64,000 nt of DNA, taken from positions 3,972 through 67,971 of the forward strand of contig VEND01000051.1 in NCBI GenBank assembly GCA_009711765.1. The letters are read 5' to 3'. Of the stretch, positions 26,290-36,859 are shown piece by piece (the first letter of the stretch is position 1; every line of letters starts with the position of its first letter). Both the position numbers and the translations under genes were made by a program. The notes beneath the pieces are model-generated. The model was not told the origin of the DNA, made no database searches, and saw nothing but the letters and a program-made list of their open reading frames with translations. Source of the stretch: Bacillota bacterium (GTDB lineage Bacteria; Bacillota; Clostridia; Tissierellales; MES13).

Positions 26290-27987
26290 ATGAGTAAAAG
26301 AATTTTAGTTGTAGGAGGAGTAGCTGGAGGAGCTTCAGCTGCAGCGAGAGCGAGAAGAATAGATGAATCAGCAGAGGTAATTATGTTTGAAAGAGGACCA
26401 AATGTTTCTTTTTCTAACTGTGCATTACCATTTCACTTAAGTGGAATAGTAGAAAAAAGTGATGATTTAGTTTTAATGTGTCCTGAAAAATTTAAAAAAC
26501 AATATAATATTGAAGCTAGAGTTAATAGTGAAGTTACTAAGATAAACAGAGAAGAGAAAAGAATAGTTGTTAAGAATTTAGAAACTAATGAAGAATATGA
26601 AGAGTCTTATGACAAATTAGTATTATCACCTGGAGCTAATGCAATACTTCCTAGAAGTATCGATGGAATAGATGGAGATAATGTATTTACTGTAAGAAAT
26701 GTTGTAGATATTAAGAAGCTTAATGACTATATTAAAACCAATAATATAGAAGATATTGCCGTTGTTGGTGGTGGATTTATAGGTGTAGAAGTAGCAGAAA
26801 ATTTACATTTAGCAGGTAAAAAAGTAAGCTTAATTGAAGCACAAAATCAAATCATGAATCCATTTGATTATGACATGGCACAAATTCTTCATAAAGAAAT
26901 GATGGATAAAGGTATCAATCTAGTATTAAGTGATGGAGTACAAAAGATTAATAAAGATTCAGTTGAGTTACAATCTGGTAAGAAAGTAGATGCAAAAGTT
27001 GTAGTTATGGCAATTGGAGTTAGTCCTGAAACAAGTTTAGCAAAGGATGCTGATCTTGAAATAGGAGAAACTGGCGGAATTAAGGTAGATCATAATTATG
27101 TAACTAGTGATAAAGATATATACGCTGTAGGAGATGCTATAGAGGTATATAACCGTTTAACTCATGAAAAATCAAGACTTGCCCTGGCAGGTCCAGCTCA
27201 AAGACAGGCTAGAGCAGCATCAGATCATATGTATAATATTCCCCATAGAAATAATGGTGTAATAGGATCATCTGTTGTTCAGGTATTTGATTTAGGAGCA
27301 GCATCTACAGGATTAAATGAGAAGGCTGCAAAAAAAGCAGGTATATCCTATGATTTTGTATATGTAATTCCTGGAGATAAAGTAGGTTTAATGCCTGAAA
27401 GTAACCCAATGCACTTTAAATTAATATATGAATATCCAACAGGAAAGATACTTGGTGCTCAAGCAATAGGAAAAGGTAATGTTGATAAAAGAGTAGACGT
27501 TATTGCAACAATGATATTAATGGGTGGTACTTTAGAAGATCTAAAAGAATTAGAATTATGTTATGCACCTTTATTTGGAACTGCTAAGGATGTAGTAAAT
27601 CATGCGGCATTAGTATCATTAAATATATTAAACGGTGACTTTAGACAAGTGCCTGTAACTAAGGTTAGAGAATTAGTAGAAGATAATGCATTTATAATAG
27701 ATGTAAGAGAAAAAGATGAATACGAACTAGGACATCTTAAAAATGCAGTAAATATCCCATTAAGTGAAATTAGAGATAGATTAGATGAAATTCCAAAGGA
27801 TAAGCCTGTATATTTACATTGTCGTTCATCCCAAAGAAGTTATAATGCAGTAAGAGCATTACAGAATATGGGATATGAAAATGTATATAATATTTCTGGT
27901 TCATATTTAGGAATTTGCTGCTATGAGTATTTCGAAGATCAAGTAACAGGAAGAGAAAAAATAGTTACAGAATATAATTTTAACTAA
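26290..27987 (+). CDS. CoA-disulfide reductase family flavoprotein with C-terminal rhodanese domain (CoADR-RHD, persulfide/polysulfide reductase type)
   Basis: GGVAGGASAA FAD motif, redox Cys in SFSNCALP, second dinucleotide motif VVGGGFIGVE, C-terminal rhodanese with YLHCRSSQRS. Start at ATG 26290 behind AAAGGAGG. Confidence 0.85.
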   Translation: MSKRILVVGGVAGGASAAARARRIDESAEVIMFERGPNVSFSNCALPFHLSGIVEKSDDLVLMCPEKFKKQYNIEARVNSEVTKINREEKRIVVKNLETNEEYEESYDKLVLSPGANAILPRSIDGIDGDNVFTVRNVVDIKKLNDYIKTNNIEDIAVVGGGFIGVEVAENLHLAGKKVSLIEAQNQIMNPFDYDMAQILHKEMMDKGINLVLSDGVQKINKDSVELQSGKKVDAKVVVMAIGVSPETSLAKDADLEIGETGGIKVDHNYVTSDKDIYAVGDAIEVYNRLTHEKSRLALAGPAQRQARAASDHMYNIPHRNNGVIGSSVVQVFDLGAASTGLNEKAAKKAGISYDFVYVIPGDKVGLMPESNPMHFKLIYEYPTGKILGAQAIGKGNVDKRVDVIATMILMGGTLEDLKELELCYAPLFGTAKDVVNHAALVSLNILNGDFRQVPVTKVRELVEDNAFIIDVREKDEYELGHLKNAVNIPLSEIRDRLDEIPKDKPVYLHCRSSQRSYNAVRALQNMGYENVYNISGSYLGICCYEYFEDQVTGREKIVTEYNFN

Positions 27988-28049
27988 AGCTAGATAATAT
28001 TAAATTTATTTTTTATAATTAAAGTTTAAACCCTCATATTATAGATATT

Positions 28050-28092
28050 AACAAGGCCATCGAGCTTATTCGGAGGCCTTGTTATTTTTTTT
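28050..28092 (+). terminator. Intrinsic terminator
   Basis: aacaaggcc...ggccttgtt stem followed by T8. Confidence 0.7.
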
Positions 28093-28250
28093 ATTAAATT
28101 TCATTAATAGAAAATAAAACGAAAAATATTTAAAAAATTCTAAATATTATGTATAATTGTAATATAGTCTAAATTTTACCATAAATGAGTATAATAAGTT
28201 TTTCTGTAAATAATATTATTAAGATGAGAACAATCAAATGGGGTGTATGA

Positions 28251-28565
28251 ATGGAAAAGGTAATTAAAGAGATTATCGATATTGATAAAAAGGCATTAAA
28301 AATAAAAAAAGATACAGAAAAAATTATTAAAGAAAATGAAAAGAATTTAAAGAAAAAACTAAAGAAAATTGAATCAGAAGAGATTAAAAAAGCAGAGAAT
28401 ATAGGCAATACTAAGTATGAGGAAATTATCAATGAAGCACAATCAAAAGTAGATAATATAAATGAATTAGGAAATAAAAAAATAAATGATATAGAAAATA
28501 TTTTTAATACTAAAAAGCAATTTATAGAAAAAGAGGCTTTTAAAGAAATATTTAACTTAGATTAG
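28251..28565 (+). CDS. Putative V-type ATPase peripheral-stalk subunit (G/NtpF-like coiled coil)
   Basis: 104-aa Lys/Glu-rich predicted coiled coil, first gene of the V-ATPase operon. Assignment rests on position and composition only. Confidence 0.5.
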   Translation: MEKVIKEIIDIDKKALKIKKDTEKIIKENEKNLKKKLKKIESEEIKKAENIGNTKYEEIINEAQSKVDNINELGNKKINDIENIFNTKKQFIEKEAFKEIFNLD

Positions 28566-28577
28566 GGAGTGGAAATA

Positions 28578-29636
28578 ATGGGAAACGCTTCTAGATTTGC
28601 TGCTATAAATGCAAAGGTTAGGGCTTTAAAGGGAAGAATGCTTACAGAGGATGATTTTGTTAATCTTTTAAAAGAAAAAAAAGTAAAAGGAATAGCTAGA
28701 TATTTAAAGGAAAATACCTCTTATAAAAAAGTATTAAAGAATGTAGATATTAATGATATACATAGGGGACATTTAGAATATTTATTAAAAAAATATATTG
28801 TTTTGCAGTATGAAAAATTAATCCATTATTTCACTGATGAGTATAGAAAACTTTTCAGAGTACTTTTTATTAGGTATGAGGTTGAGGATTTAAAGCTTTT
28901 TATAAGAGCTATATTAAGAAATGAAGGTATAGATTATATAAAGGATTTAGTAGTTTATTCAGGACTATATAGTACAGTTGATTATGACTTAATATTTAAA
29001 TCAAAAGGTTTAGAAGAGTTTATAGAAAATCTAAAAGGAACAATTTATTATGAGGCCTTAAAACCATATATAAATGAAAGTGAAAAAAAGATTTCATTTT
29101 ATATGGAAATGAGTTTAGATAGGATATATTTTAGAATGCTTTATGAACAGGCCAATAAATTGAGTAAACATGATAGAAAAATTTTAATGGATTCCCTTAG
29201 TAAAAATATAGACTTACTTAATTTAGAGTGGATATATAGAGGTCTTAAATATTATGATATAGCCCCAGAAGAGTTAATAAATTATACTCTTATGGGAGGG
29301 TCAAATTTAAATTATAGAGAAATTAAAAATTTATGTTATTCAGAGAATGAGAAAGAACTTATAACATTAATGCTTGATTCAAGATATGGTTTTTTATTTG
29401 ATAATGAAAAAACCATGGATCTTTTCATGGAACGTAGGATAGAGAGATATCTTTATTTCAATTTCAAGGAATACTTTAGAAAGGGAAGTTTAGATATTAT
29501 CCAGTCAATAGCTTTTATGCATCTTTTAGAATTTGAAATGAGGGATATTATTTCAATAACAGAAGGTATAAGATATGGTTTAAATGAAAAAAATATGAAA
29601 AGCTATCTTATTAGACGGATTAAAGGAAGTGATTAA
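28578..29636 (+). CDS. V-type ATP synthase subunit C (V0 d-like)
   Basis: About 350-aa all-helical protein with the RALKGRML N-terminal pattern of bacterial and archaeal subunit C. Operon context supports it. ATG 28578 is preferred over GTG 28569 on SD spacing. Confidence 0.8.
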   Translation: MGNASRFAAINAKVRALKGRMLTEDDFVNLLKEKKVKGIARYLKENTSYKKVLKNVDINDIHRGHLEYLLKKYIVLQYEKLIHYFTDEYRKLFRVLFIRYEVEDLKLFIRAILRNEGIDYIKDLVVYSGLYSTVDYDLIFKSKGLEEFIENLKGTIYYEALKPYINESEKKISFYMEMSLDRIYFRMLYEQANKLSKHDRKILMDSLSKNIDLLNLEWIYRGLKYYDIAPEELINYTLMGGSNLNYREIKNLCYSENEKELITLMLDSRYGFLFDNEKTMDLFMERRIERYLYFNFKEYFRKGSLDIIQSIAFMHLLEFEMRDIISITEGIRYGLNEKNMKSYLIRRIKGSD

Positions 29637-29638
29637 AG

Positions 29639-31591
29639 ATGGCCATAGAAAAAATGACAATGATGAATGTTGTAGGGTTAATGGATTATGTTGACGATGT
29701 ATCCCGTGAAATACTCCTTTGTGAAAATGTTGATATAGTCAATGCACTAAATCAGATTAAAGATAGTCATTTTACATTAAGTGTCGCTGAAGAAAATGTA
29801 GAAGAGCTAGTTGATATGAATACTATAAAACCCTTTGAAGATAATGATGATTATAAAGAAGTAAATGAAAAAATAAATAAATTAAAGGAAATGTATAATA
29901 ATGAATTAAAAATTGATAGAAAGTATGTATTAGAAAGTTATGATTTTAATGAGACTTTAAAGGATATAAATGATACATATGAAATTCTAAAAAAACCCTA
30001 TGAAAAAATAGTTAAACTAAGGGAAGAATTAAAAAAAATAGATAATTATTATAATAATTTCATTCATATGAAAAGTATTGATGTAAAGATAGAAGAACTT
30101 ACTCAATTAAATTATTTTACATTTTCTGTTGGAACACTTACTAAGGAAGATAGATTTAAGCTTAAAAGAAACTATGAAAATATATCAGCAATTGTATTAC
30201 ATACAGGAACTAGTGATATAGGGGAAGTTTATTTAGTAATGTCTCCAAAGGAATTAGAAATAGAAACTGAAAGGATATTAAGGAGTTTAAATTTTAATAA
30301 AATAGAATTTCCCACTGATTTTACAGGAACACCTCTAGAGATATCAAAAAAGTTAGAGGAAAGAAAAAAAGAAATTAATAGCTGTTTATTAAAATTAAAT
30401 AATGAATTTAACAAAATCAAAAAAGAAAATATTGATATATTAAAAAGATCTTTAACTAGATTTAAAGCCCAAGAAAAAATTAGAGAAATAAAAAATGAAA
30501 TGGTATCATCTAAGAATTTTTTCTATCTTTCAGGATGGGTACCAGTAAAGGAAAAGGAAAAAATAAAAAAGGCTATTGAAAAATTCAAAGGTTCAATAAT
30601 AATATTTAAAAATACCCATGATAATAAAAAGAATTTTAAACCACCTACAAAACTTATGAATAATTGGATATTTAAACCCTTTGAGTCCCTTGTTAAGATG
30701 TATGGAATACCAGCACATAATGAGCTTGATCCAACGGTTTTTTTAAGTTTAACTTATATGATTTTATTTGGAGCTATGTTTGGGGATGTAGGTCAAGGAC
30801 TTATACTTTTTTTAATTGGAATGTTTCTAAAGAGAAAAAGTACTTTTAAAAGTATAGGTTCTGTTATGACAAGACTTTCAGCTAGTTCAATCATATTTGG
30901 ATTTTTATATGGAAGTATCTTTGGATTTGAACATGTTTTAGATCCTTTATTAGTAAAGCCCTTTGAAAATATTAATTTAATACTTATAAGTGCTATAGTT
31001 ATTGGGATATTTTTAATACTTATGAGCTTTTTATATAGTATTATAAATGCAATTAAACAGAGAGATTTAAAGGAAGGAGTATTTGGAAGAAATGGGTTAG
31101 CAGGGCTTTTATTTTACGGTTTAATACTTAATTTAATAGCTAGTAGTTTCACTGGGTATTTTATAATTCAAAGAAATATTAGTATTATAATGGTTTTATT
31201 TTTAATTGTAATAATGGTTACTAAAGAACCATTAACTAATTTATTACTTAATAAAAGGCCATTATATCATGAGGATGTATCTAGCTATTATATAGAAAGT
31301 GGATTTGATATATTAGAAACTATTTTAAGTTTATTAAGTAATACTGTTTCCTTTATTAGGGTTGGAGCATTTGCATTAACCCATGTGGGACTTTTCGTAG
31401 CATTTGAAACTATTGCAGGACTTGTAGAAAGTAATATTTTAAGTGTATTAGTTCTTATTATGGGAAATATAATAATAATTTTTTTAGAAGGGTTAATAGT
31501 TTCTATTCAAGGGCTTAGATTAGAATATTATGAACTCTTCAGTAAATATTTTAAAGGTGAAGGTAATGAATTTAAACCAATAAAATTTTAA
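29639..31591 (+). CDS. V-type ATP synthase subunit I (a-type stator)
   Basis: 650 aa with a cytoplasmic coiled-coil N-half and a multi-TM C-half containing SFIRVGAFALTH (essential Arg region). Confidence 0.9.
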   Translation: MAIEKMTMMNVVGLMDYVDDVSREILLCENVDIVNALNQIKDSHFTLSVAEENVEELVDMNTIKPFEDNDDYKEVNEKINKLKEMYNNELKIDRKYVLESYDFNETLKDINDTYEILKKPYEKIVKLREELKKIDNYYNNFIHMKSIDVKIEELTQLNYFTFSVGTLTKEDRFKLKRNYENISAIVLHTGTSDIGEVYLVMSPKELEIETERILRSLNFNKIEFPTDFTGTPLEISKKLEERKKEINSCLLKLNNEFNKIKKENIDILKRSLTRFKAQEKIREIKNEMVSSKNFFYLSGWVPVKEKEKIKKAIEKFKGSIIIFKNTHDNKKNFKPPTKLMNNWIFKPFESLVKMYGIPAHNELDPTVFLSLTYMILFGAMFGDVGQGLILFLIGMFLKRKSTFKSIGSVMTRLSASSIIFGFLYGSIFGFEHVLDPLLVKPFENINLILISAIVIGIFLILMSFLYSIINAIKQRDLKEGVFGRNGLAGLLFYGLILNLIASSFTGYFIIQRNISIIMVLFLIVIMVTKEPLTNLLLNKRPLYHEDVSSYYIESGFDILETILSLLSNTVSFIRVGAFALTHVGLFVAFETIAGLVESNILSVLVLIMGNIIIIFLEGLIVSIQGLRLEYYELFSKYFKGEGNEFKPIKF

Positions 31592-31609
31592 AAACTAGGA
31601 GGTATATAT

Positions 31610-32038
31610 ATGTATTTAATAATGACTATGACAATTATAGTAGTACTTTTAACTATTTCATCAGGATTGTTTTTAATGTATAAAGAATATAAAACAGAGA
31701 AGTGTAAATTAAAGAAAATATTAAAATTTAATTTATTTATTTTCATACCATTATTAATATCGTCAGTAATAGTATTAATGCCTAAAATGATTTATGCTGT
31801 TACTTACTCATATGAGACTCAAGGAACTTCAGGTCTTGGCTTTATAGCAGCAGCCTTATCTACAGGTCTTGCAACAATAGGTGCAGGGTATGCTGTTGGA
31901 GCAGTAGGCTCTTCAGCCCTTGGAGCTGTTTCAGAGGATCCTAAAATATTAGGTAAGACATTGATATTTGTGGGTTTAGCAGAGGGTATAGCTATTTATG
32001 GATTAATAGTATCCATATTGATACTAGGGAGATTATAG
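31610..32038 (+). CDS. V-type ATP synthase subunit K (proteolipid), single c-hairpin with N-terminal extension
   Basis: The C-terminal 70 aa are a Gly/Ala-rich hairpin with the carboxylate in GLAEGIAIYGL and end in GRL. Strong AGGAGG SD before ATG 31610. Confidence 0.85.
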   Translation: MYLIMTMTIIVVLLTISSGLFLMYKEYKTEKCKLKKILKFNLFIFIPLLISSVIVLMPKMIYAVTYSYETQGTSGLGFIAAALSTGLATIGAGYAVGAVGSSALGAVSEDPKILGKTLIFVGLAEGIAIYGLIVSILILGRL

Positions 32039-32046
32039 GTGATTTT

Positions 32047-32355
32047 ATGAAGTCTTTTTTAATAAGCGATAATAGAGATACTTTACTGGGAATGAGATTA
32101 GCAGGAATAAAGGGAGTTATAGTTCATGAAAAAAGAGATATTTTAAATGAAATAAATAAAGCTTTAAATGATAGTGATATAGGAATAATTATAATAACAG
32201 AAAAGATACTTAATAAAGCTGAAGAGGAGATAATGGATTTAAAACTTAAAAAATCTAATCAAATTATAGTAACAATCCCTGATAGACATGGATTTAAATA
32301 TGATAGTGGTTTTATAACTAAATATATAAGTGAGTCAGTTGGAATTAAAATATGA
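32047..32355 (+). CDS. V-type ATP synthase subunit F
   Basis: 102 aa with LGMRLAGI and IGIIIITE patterns typical of subunit F. Confidence 0.8.
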   Translation: MKSFLISDNRDTLLGMRLAGIKGVIVHEKRDILNEINKALNDSDIGIIIITEKILNKAEEEIMDLKLKKSNQIIVTIPDRHGFKYDSGFITKYISESVGIKI

Positions 32356-32365
32356 GGTGAATACT

Positions 32366-32986
32366 ATGATAACAGTAGAAGAAAAATTAAATACTTTTTC
32401 TAAACTGGTGTATGAAAGGGTAAAAAAAGAATCTGAAACATCACTTAATAGTATACATGAAAAAAATAACAAAATACTTAAAGAGCATAGAGAAAAAATC
32501 AAGAAAAAGGCAGAAAAAATCATAGAAAAAAAGATAAGGGATGGAGAAATTAAAAAAAGGGAAATGATATCTAATGCTAATACTAGTATAAAAAAACAAA
32601 TATTAAATAAAAAAAAGGAAATGCTTAAAGATATTTTACAAGGAGTAAAGAATTTAGCTTTTGAATTTACTGAAAAAAAGGAATATGAAAATTATTTTAA
32701 AAAAACCTTTAAAGAAGTAGTTAAAGATTTTAAAAAAGGAGAAAAAATAGATTTATATTTAACTAATAAGGATTTAGTAAAATTTGATAAATTTCTAAAC
32801 ACTTATAATGAAATAAAAATAGATTTAAAAAGTGCAGATGAATCTATTATAGGAGGAGTAATAGCTATTAAAGGTGATAGTTTTAAAATAGATGCATCTT
32901 TAAAAACTCTAGTAGAAGATAATAAGGATATTTTAGGGAGATATCTTTATAAAGAACTAGACAAAGTTGGTGATTATATTGAGTAA
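32366..32986 (+). CDS. V-type ATP synthase subunit E
   Basis: About 205 aa with an N-terminal Lys/Glu coiled coil and a globular C-terminus (GGVIA..G....D.SL). ATG 32366 lies behind GAGGTGA. Confidence 0.8.
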   Translation: MITVEEKLNTFSKLVYERVKKESETSLNSIHEKNNKILKEHREKIKKKAEKIIEKKIRDGEIKKREMISNANTSIKKQILNKKKEMLKDILQGVKNLAFEFTEKKEYENYFKKTFKEVVKDFKKGEKIDLYLTNKDLVKFDKFLNTYNEIKIDLKSADESIIGGVIAIKGDSFKIDASLKTLVEDNKDILGRYLYKELDKVGDYIE

Positions 32987-34745
32987 AGGTGTAATAACTA
33001 TGGTTAATGGTCCTGTATTAAGGGGAAAAGATATGGCTGAATTTAAAATGAGAGAAATGGTTACTGTAGGTAGAAAAAAACTTATAGGAGAGGTCATTTC
33101 TATAGATGGAGATATAGGAACTATACAGGTTTATGAAGAGACTGAGGGGTTAAAAATAGGAGAAATAATAGAATCTACTAATAAACCCTTATCTTTAAAA
33201 TTAGGGCCAGGCATGCTTGGAAATATGTTTGATGGTATAGAAAGACCCTTAAAGAAAATAGATGAGCTATCAAAGGATTTTATACCTGAAGGTATAGGAC
33301 TTATATCGATAGATCCAAAGAAACTTTGGGATGTAGATATAGTAGTTAAAAAGGGTGATTTTTTAAATGAAGGAGATTTATTTGGAGAGATTAAGGAAAC
33401 TTCTTTAATTGTACATAAATTAATGGTTCCTCCAAAGATAAAGGGAACAGTTATAGATATTAAAGAAAATGGAAGTTATAACATAGAAGAAACCTTAGTT
33501 GTTTTAGAAGATGATAATGGTAATAAAAAAGAATTAAAAATGTATCAAGAATGGCCAGTAAGGAAACAAAGACCTATAAAAGAGAGAATTCCTATAGATA
33601 AGTTATTAATAACAGGTCAAAGAATACTAGATATTTTCTTCCCAATAGCTAAAGGTGGAACAGCAGCAATACCAGGGGGATTTGGTACAGGAAAAACAAT
33701 GACTCAACATCAATTAGCTAAATGGTCAGATGCTGATATTATTGTTTATATAGGTTGTGGGGAACGGGGAAATGAGATGACAGAGGTTTTAGAAGATTTT
33801 CCTGAACTAATAGATCCAAAAACAAATAAACCCATAATGGAGAGGACAATTCTTATTGCAAATACATCAAATATGCCAGTGGCTGCTAGAGAAGCAAGTA
33901 TTTATACGGGAATAACCATGGCTGAATATTTTAGGGATATGGGTTATCATGTTGCAATAATGGCTGATTCTACTTCAAGATGGGCAGAGGCTTTAAGGGA
34001 AATATCAGGAAGACTAGAGGAAATGCCAGCTGAAGAAGGGTATCCTGCCTATTTACCATCTAGATTAGCTGAGTTTTATGAAAGAGCAGGATATGTTAAA
34101 ACTTTAAACGATAAAGAGGGTTCTGTAACTATAATAGGGGCTGTTTCACCGGCAGGTGGAGATTTTTCAGAACCTGTTACTGAAAATACAAAGAGGTTTG
34201 TAAATGTATTTTTAGCCCTAGATAGAGAATTAGCCCATGCAAGGCATTATCCTGCTATAAATTGGCTTACTAGTTATAGTGGATATTCAAAGATATTAAA
34301 GAATTGGTATGAGGAAAATGTTTCTGATGAAGTTGTTAATCTAAGAAATAAAATGCTTAGACTTTTACAAAATGAAAATAAGTTGCAAGAAATTGTATTA
34401 TTAGTTGGCGAAGATGTACTTCCTGATAATCAAAGACTTGTACTTGAAATATCAAAGGTTTTAAAAACAGGTTATCTTCAACAAAATGCTTTTCATAAAT
34501 TAGATACTTTTGTTTCCCTTGATAAACAATTTAAAATGCTTACTTTGATTGATTATCTATATGAAAGAAGCAAAGGTGCTATAGAAAAAGGAATACCAAT
34601 ATCTCAAGTTAAGGACGATAAATTATTTTATGATGTAGTTAATATGAAATATAACATTCCTAATGATAATTTAGAGGGAATAGATAAATTAAAGGAAAGA
34701 ATTGATAAATACTATGATGAACTAGAAGGAAAGTATTCAAGTTAG
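32979..34745 (+). CDS. V-type ATP synthase catalytic subunit A
   Basis: GPVL, IQVYEET, Walker [11 protein letters not shown] and [22 protein letters not shown]. The start is uncertain (TTG 32967, GTG 32970, TTG 32979 or ATG 33000); 32979 best matches the length of the conserved N-terminus. Confidence 0.9.
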   Translation: MSKGVITMVNGPVLRGKDMAEFKMREMVTVGRKKLIGEVISIDGDIGTIQVYEETEGLKIGEIIESTNKPLSLKLGPGMLGNMFDGIERPLKKIDELSKDFIPEGIGLISIDPKKLWDVDIVVKKGDFLNEGDLFGEIKETSLIVHKLMVPPKIKGTVIDIKENGSYNIEETLVVLEDDNGNKKELKMYQEWPVRKQRPIKERIPIDKLLITGQRILDIFFPIAKGGTAAIPGGFGTGKTMTQHQLAKWSDADIIVYIGCGERGNEMTEVLEDFPELIDPKTNKPIMERTILIANTSNMPVAAREASIYTGITMAEYFRDMGYHVAIMADSTSRWAEALREISGRLEEMPAEEGYPAYLPSRLAEFYERAGYVKTLNDKEGSVTIIGAVSPAGGDFSEPVTENTKRFVNVFLALDRELAHARHYPAINWLTSYSGYSKILKNWYEENVSDEVVNLRNKMLRLLQNENKLQEIVLLVGEDVLPDNQRLVLEISKVLKTGYLQQNAFHKLDTFVSLDKQFKMLTLIDYLYERSKGAIEKGIPISQVKDDKLFYDVVNMKYNIPNDNLEGIDKLKERIDKYYDELEGKYSS

Positions 34746-34756
34746 GAAGTGATTAT

Positions 34757-36136
34757 ATGAAAAAAGAATATTTATTACTTGATAAAGTGGAAGGCCCTTT
34801 AATAGTATTATCTGGAATAGAGAATGTGGGTTATGGAGAAGTTTTAAATATAAAGGTTGATAATGGAGAAACAAAAAAAGGTAAAGTAATAAAGATTGAA
34901 GGAGATAAGGTAGTTGTACAGGTATTTGAAAGTACTTCTGGTATATCAGTTAAAAATACAGCAGTAACCTTTACTGGAAAGCCCTTTGAACTTGAATTAT
35001 CAAAGGACATATTAGGTAGGACTTTCAATGGAATAGGAGAGCCTATAGATGGTGGAGGAAAAGTTTATAGTAGTGATGTATATAATATAAACGGTAGACC
35101 TATAAATCCTGTAGCAAGGAGATATCCAAGGAATTTTATTCAAACAGGTATATCTTCCATAGATGGACTTACTACTTTAATAAGAGGACAAAAGCTACCA
35201 ATATTTTCAGGAAATGGATTAACCCATAATGAATTAGCAGCCCAAATAGTAAAGCAAGCAAAAATAAGTGAAGATATAGATGAAGAATTTGGAATTGTCT
35301 TTGCTGCTATAGGTGTTAAACATGATGATGCAGATTATTTTAGGAAAAGTTTTGAAAAGGCAGATGCAATTGATAGGGTTGTTATGTATATAAACTATGC
35401 AGATGATCCGATAGCAGAAAGAATAACAATTCCAAGGTGTGCATTAACTGCTGCTGAATACTTAGCCTTTAAAGAAAATATGCATATACTTGTTGTTATG
35501 ACTGATATTACAAATTATAGTGAAGCCTTAAGAGAAATTTCATCGGCTAGGGAAGAAGTACCTAGTAGAAAAGGGTATCCAGGATATTTATATTCTGATT
35601 TAGCATCTTTATATGAAAGGGCAGGTATGTTAAAAAGAAAGAAAGGGTCAATAACTTTGCTTCCAATTTTAACAATGCCAAATGACGATATAACCCATCC
35701 AGTTCCAGACTTAACAGGATATATAACAGAGGGTCAGGTTGTTTTAGGTAGGGAATTATTTCAAAAGAATATTTATCCCCCAGTGAATATTTTACCTTCA
35801 TTATCAAGACTTATGAAGGATGGTATAGGTGAGGGATTTACTAGAAAAGACCACCCAGATGTTTCTAATCAGTTATTTTCCTCTTATTCAAAGGTACAGG
35901 AAATAAGAGCTTTATCACAGATAATTGGTGAGGATGATCTATCAAAGAATGATAAATTATATATGGAATTTGGAAGGGAATTTGAATCTAGGTTCATTAC
36001 CCAGGGAATAAATGAAAATAGGAGTATAGAAAAAACTCTAGATTTAGCATGGGAAATATTATCTATTTTACCTAAAGAAGATTTAGATAGAATAGATCCA
36101 AAGCTTATTGATAAGCATTTAAGAAAGGAAGATTAA
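34757..36136 (+). CDS. V-type ATP synthase subunit B
   Basis: [48 protein letters not shown]. Confidence 0.9.
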   Translation: MKKEYLLLDKVEGPLIVLSGIENVGYGEVLNIKVDNGETKKGKVIKIEGDKVVVQVFESTSGISVKNTAVTFTGKPFELELSKDILGRTFNGIGEPIDGGGKVYSSDVYNINGRPINPVARRYPRNFIQTGISSIDGLTTLIRGQKLPIFSGNGLTHNELAAQIVKQAKISEDIDEEFGIVFAAIGVKHDDADYFRKSFEKADAIDRVVMYINYADDPIAERITIPRCALTAAEYLAFKENMHILVVMTDITNYSEALREISSAREEVPSRKGYPGYLYSDLASLYERAGMLKRKKGSITLLPILTMPNDDITHPVPDLTGYITEGQVVLGRELFQKNIYPPVNILPSLSRLMKDGIGEGFTRKDHPDVSNQLFSSYSKVQEIRALSQIIGEDDLSKNDKLYMEFGREFESRFITQGINENRSIEKTLDLAWEILSILPKEDLDRIDPKLIDKHLRKED

Positions 36137-36137
36137 T

Positions 36138-36749
36138 ATGGCTAAAGTTGCACCTACTAAGGCCAATTTAATTAAGGCTAAGAATTCGAAGGAGTTTTCA
36201 GAAAAAGGCTTTGAACTTTTAGATAAAAAGCGTACAGTTTTAATAAGAGAAATGATGTCTTTAATGGATAAGGCAAAAAAAGTACAAAGAGAGATAAGTC
36301 AAACCTTTAAAGAGGCTTATAAAGCTTTACAGTATGTAAATATAACAATGGGCATTAATAATGTTGAAGAATTAGCTTTATCCATTGCAAAGGAAGAAGA
36401 GTATGAAATACTACTTAAAAGTGTAATGGGGGTTGAAATTCCTAAAGTTAAATATAGTAAAGGTAAATTAGATACTGAGTATGGTTTTTTTAGAACTAAT
36501 CCTGTACTTGATATAGCAACAACTAAATTTCAAGAGGTTAAATATCTTACTTATGAGTTAGCTGAGGTTGAAAATTCAGTATATAAACTTGCCATGGAAA
36601 TTAAAAAGACTCAAAAGAGAGCAAATGCATTAGAAAAAATACAAATACCAAAGTATGAAAGACAAATTAAATTCATTGAAGAAACCCTTGAAGAAAAGGA
36701 AAGGGAGGATTTTTTTAGATTAAAAAAAATAAAGAGTAAGAAGAAATAA
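36138..36749 (+). CDS. V-type ATP synthase subunit D
   Basis: PTK.NL...K..L......G..LL..KR..L N-terminus and a RANALE central-stalk motif. Confidence 0.9.
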   Translation: MAKVAPTKANLIKAKNSKEFSEKGFELLDKKRTVLIREMMSLMDKAKKVQREISQTFKEAYKALQYVNITMGINNVEELALSIAKEEEYEILLKSVMGVEIPKVKYSKGKLDTEYGFFRTNPVLDIATTKFQEVKYLTYELAEVENSVYKLAMEIKKTQKRANALEKIQIPKYERQIKFIEETLEEKEREDFFRLKKIKSKKK

Positions 36750-36859
36750 TATTAAATAGTAGATTGATTCTACTCTTTAATATTCTGTTAATTTAAGTTA
36801 AAAGAATTTTATTATATAATGTTTATAAAGATTTATTAAAAAAGGGGAGAAATAAAATT

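Noticed and set aside
28169-28432. 87-aa minus-strand ORF overlapping the first V-ATPase gene.
   Set aside because: It is antisense to the operon's first gene and is an extremely Ile/Phe/Ser-rich artefact.
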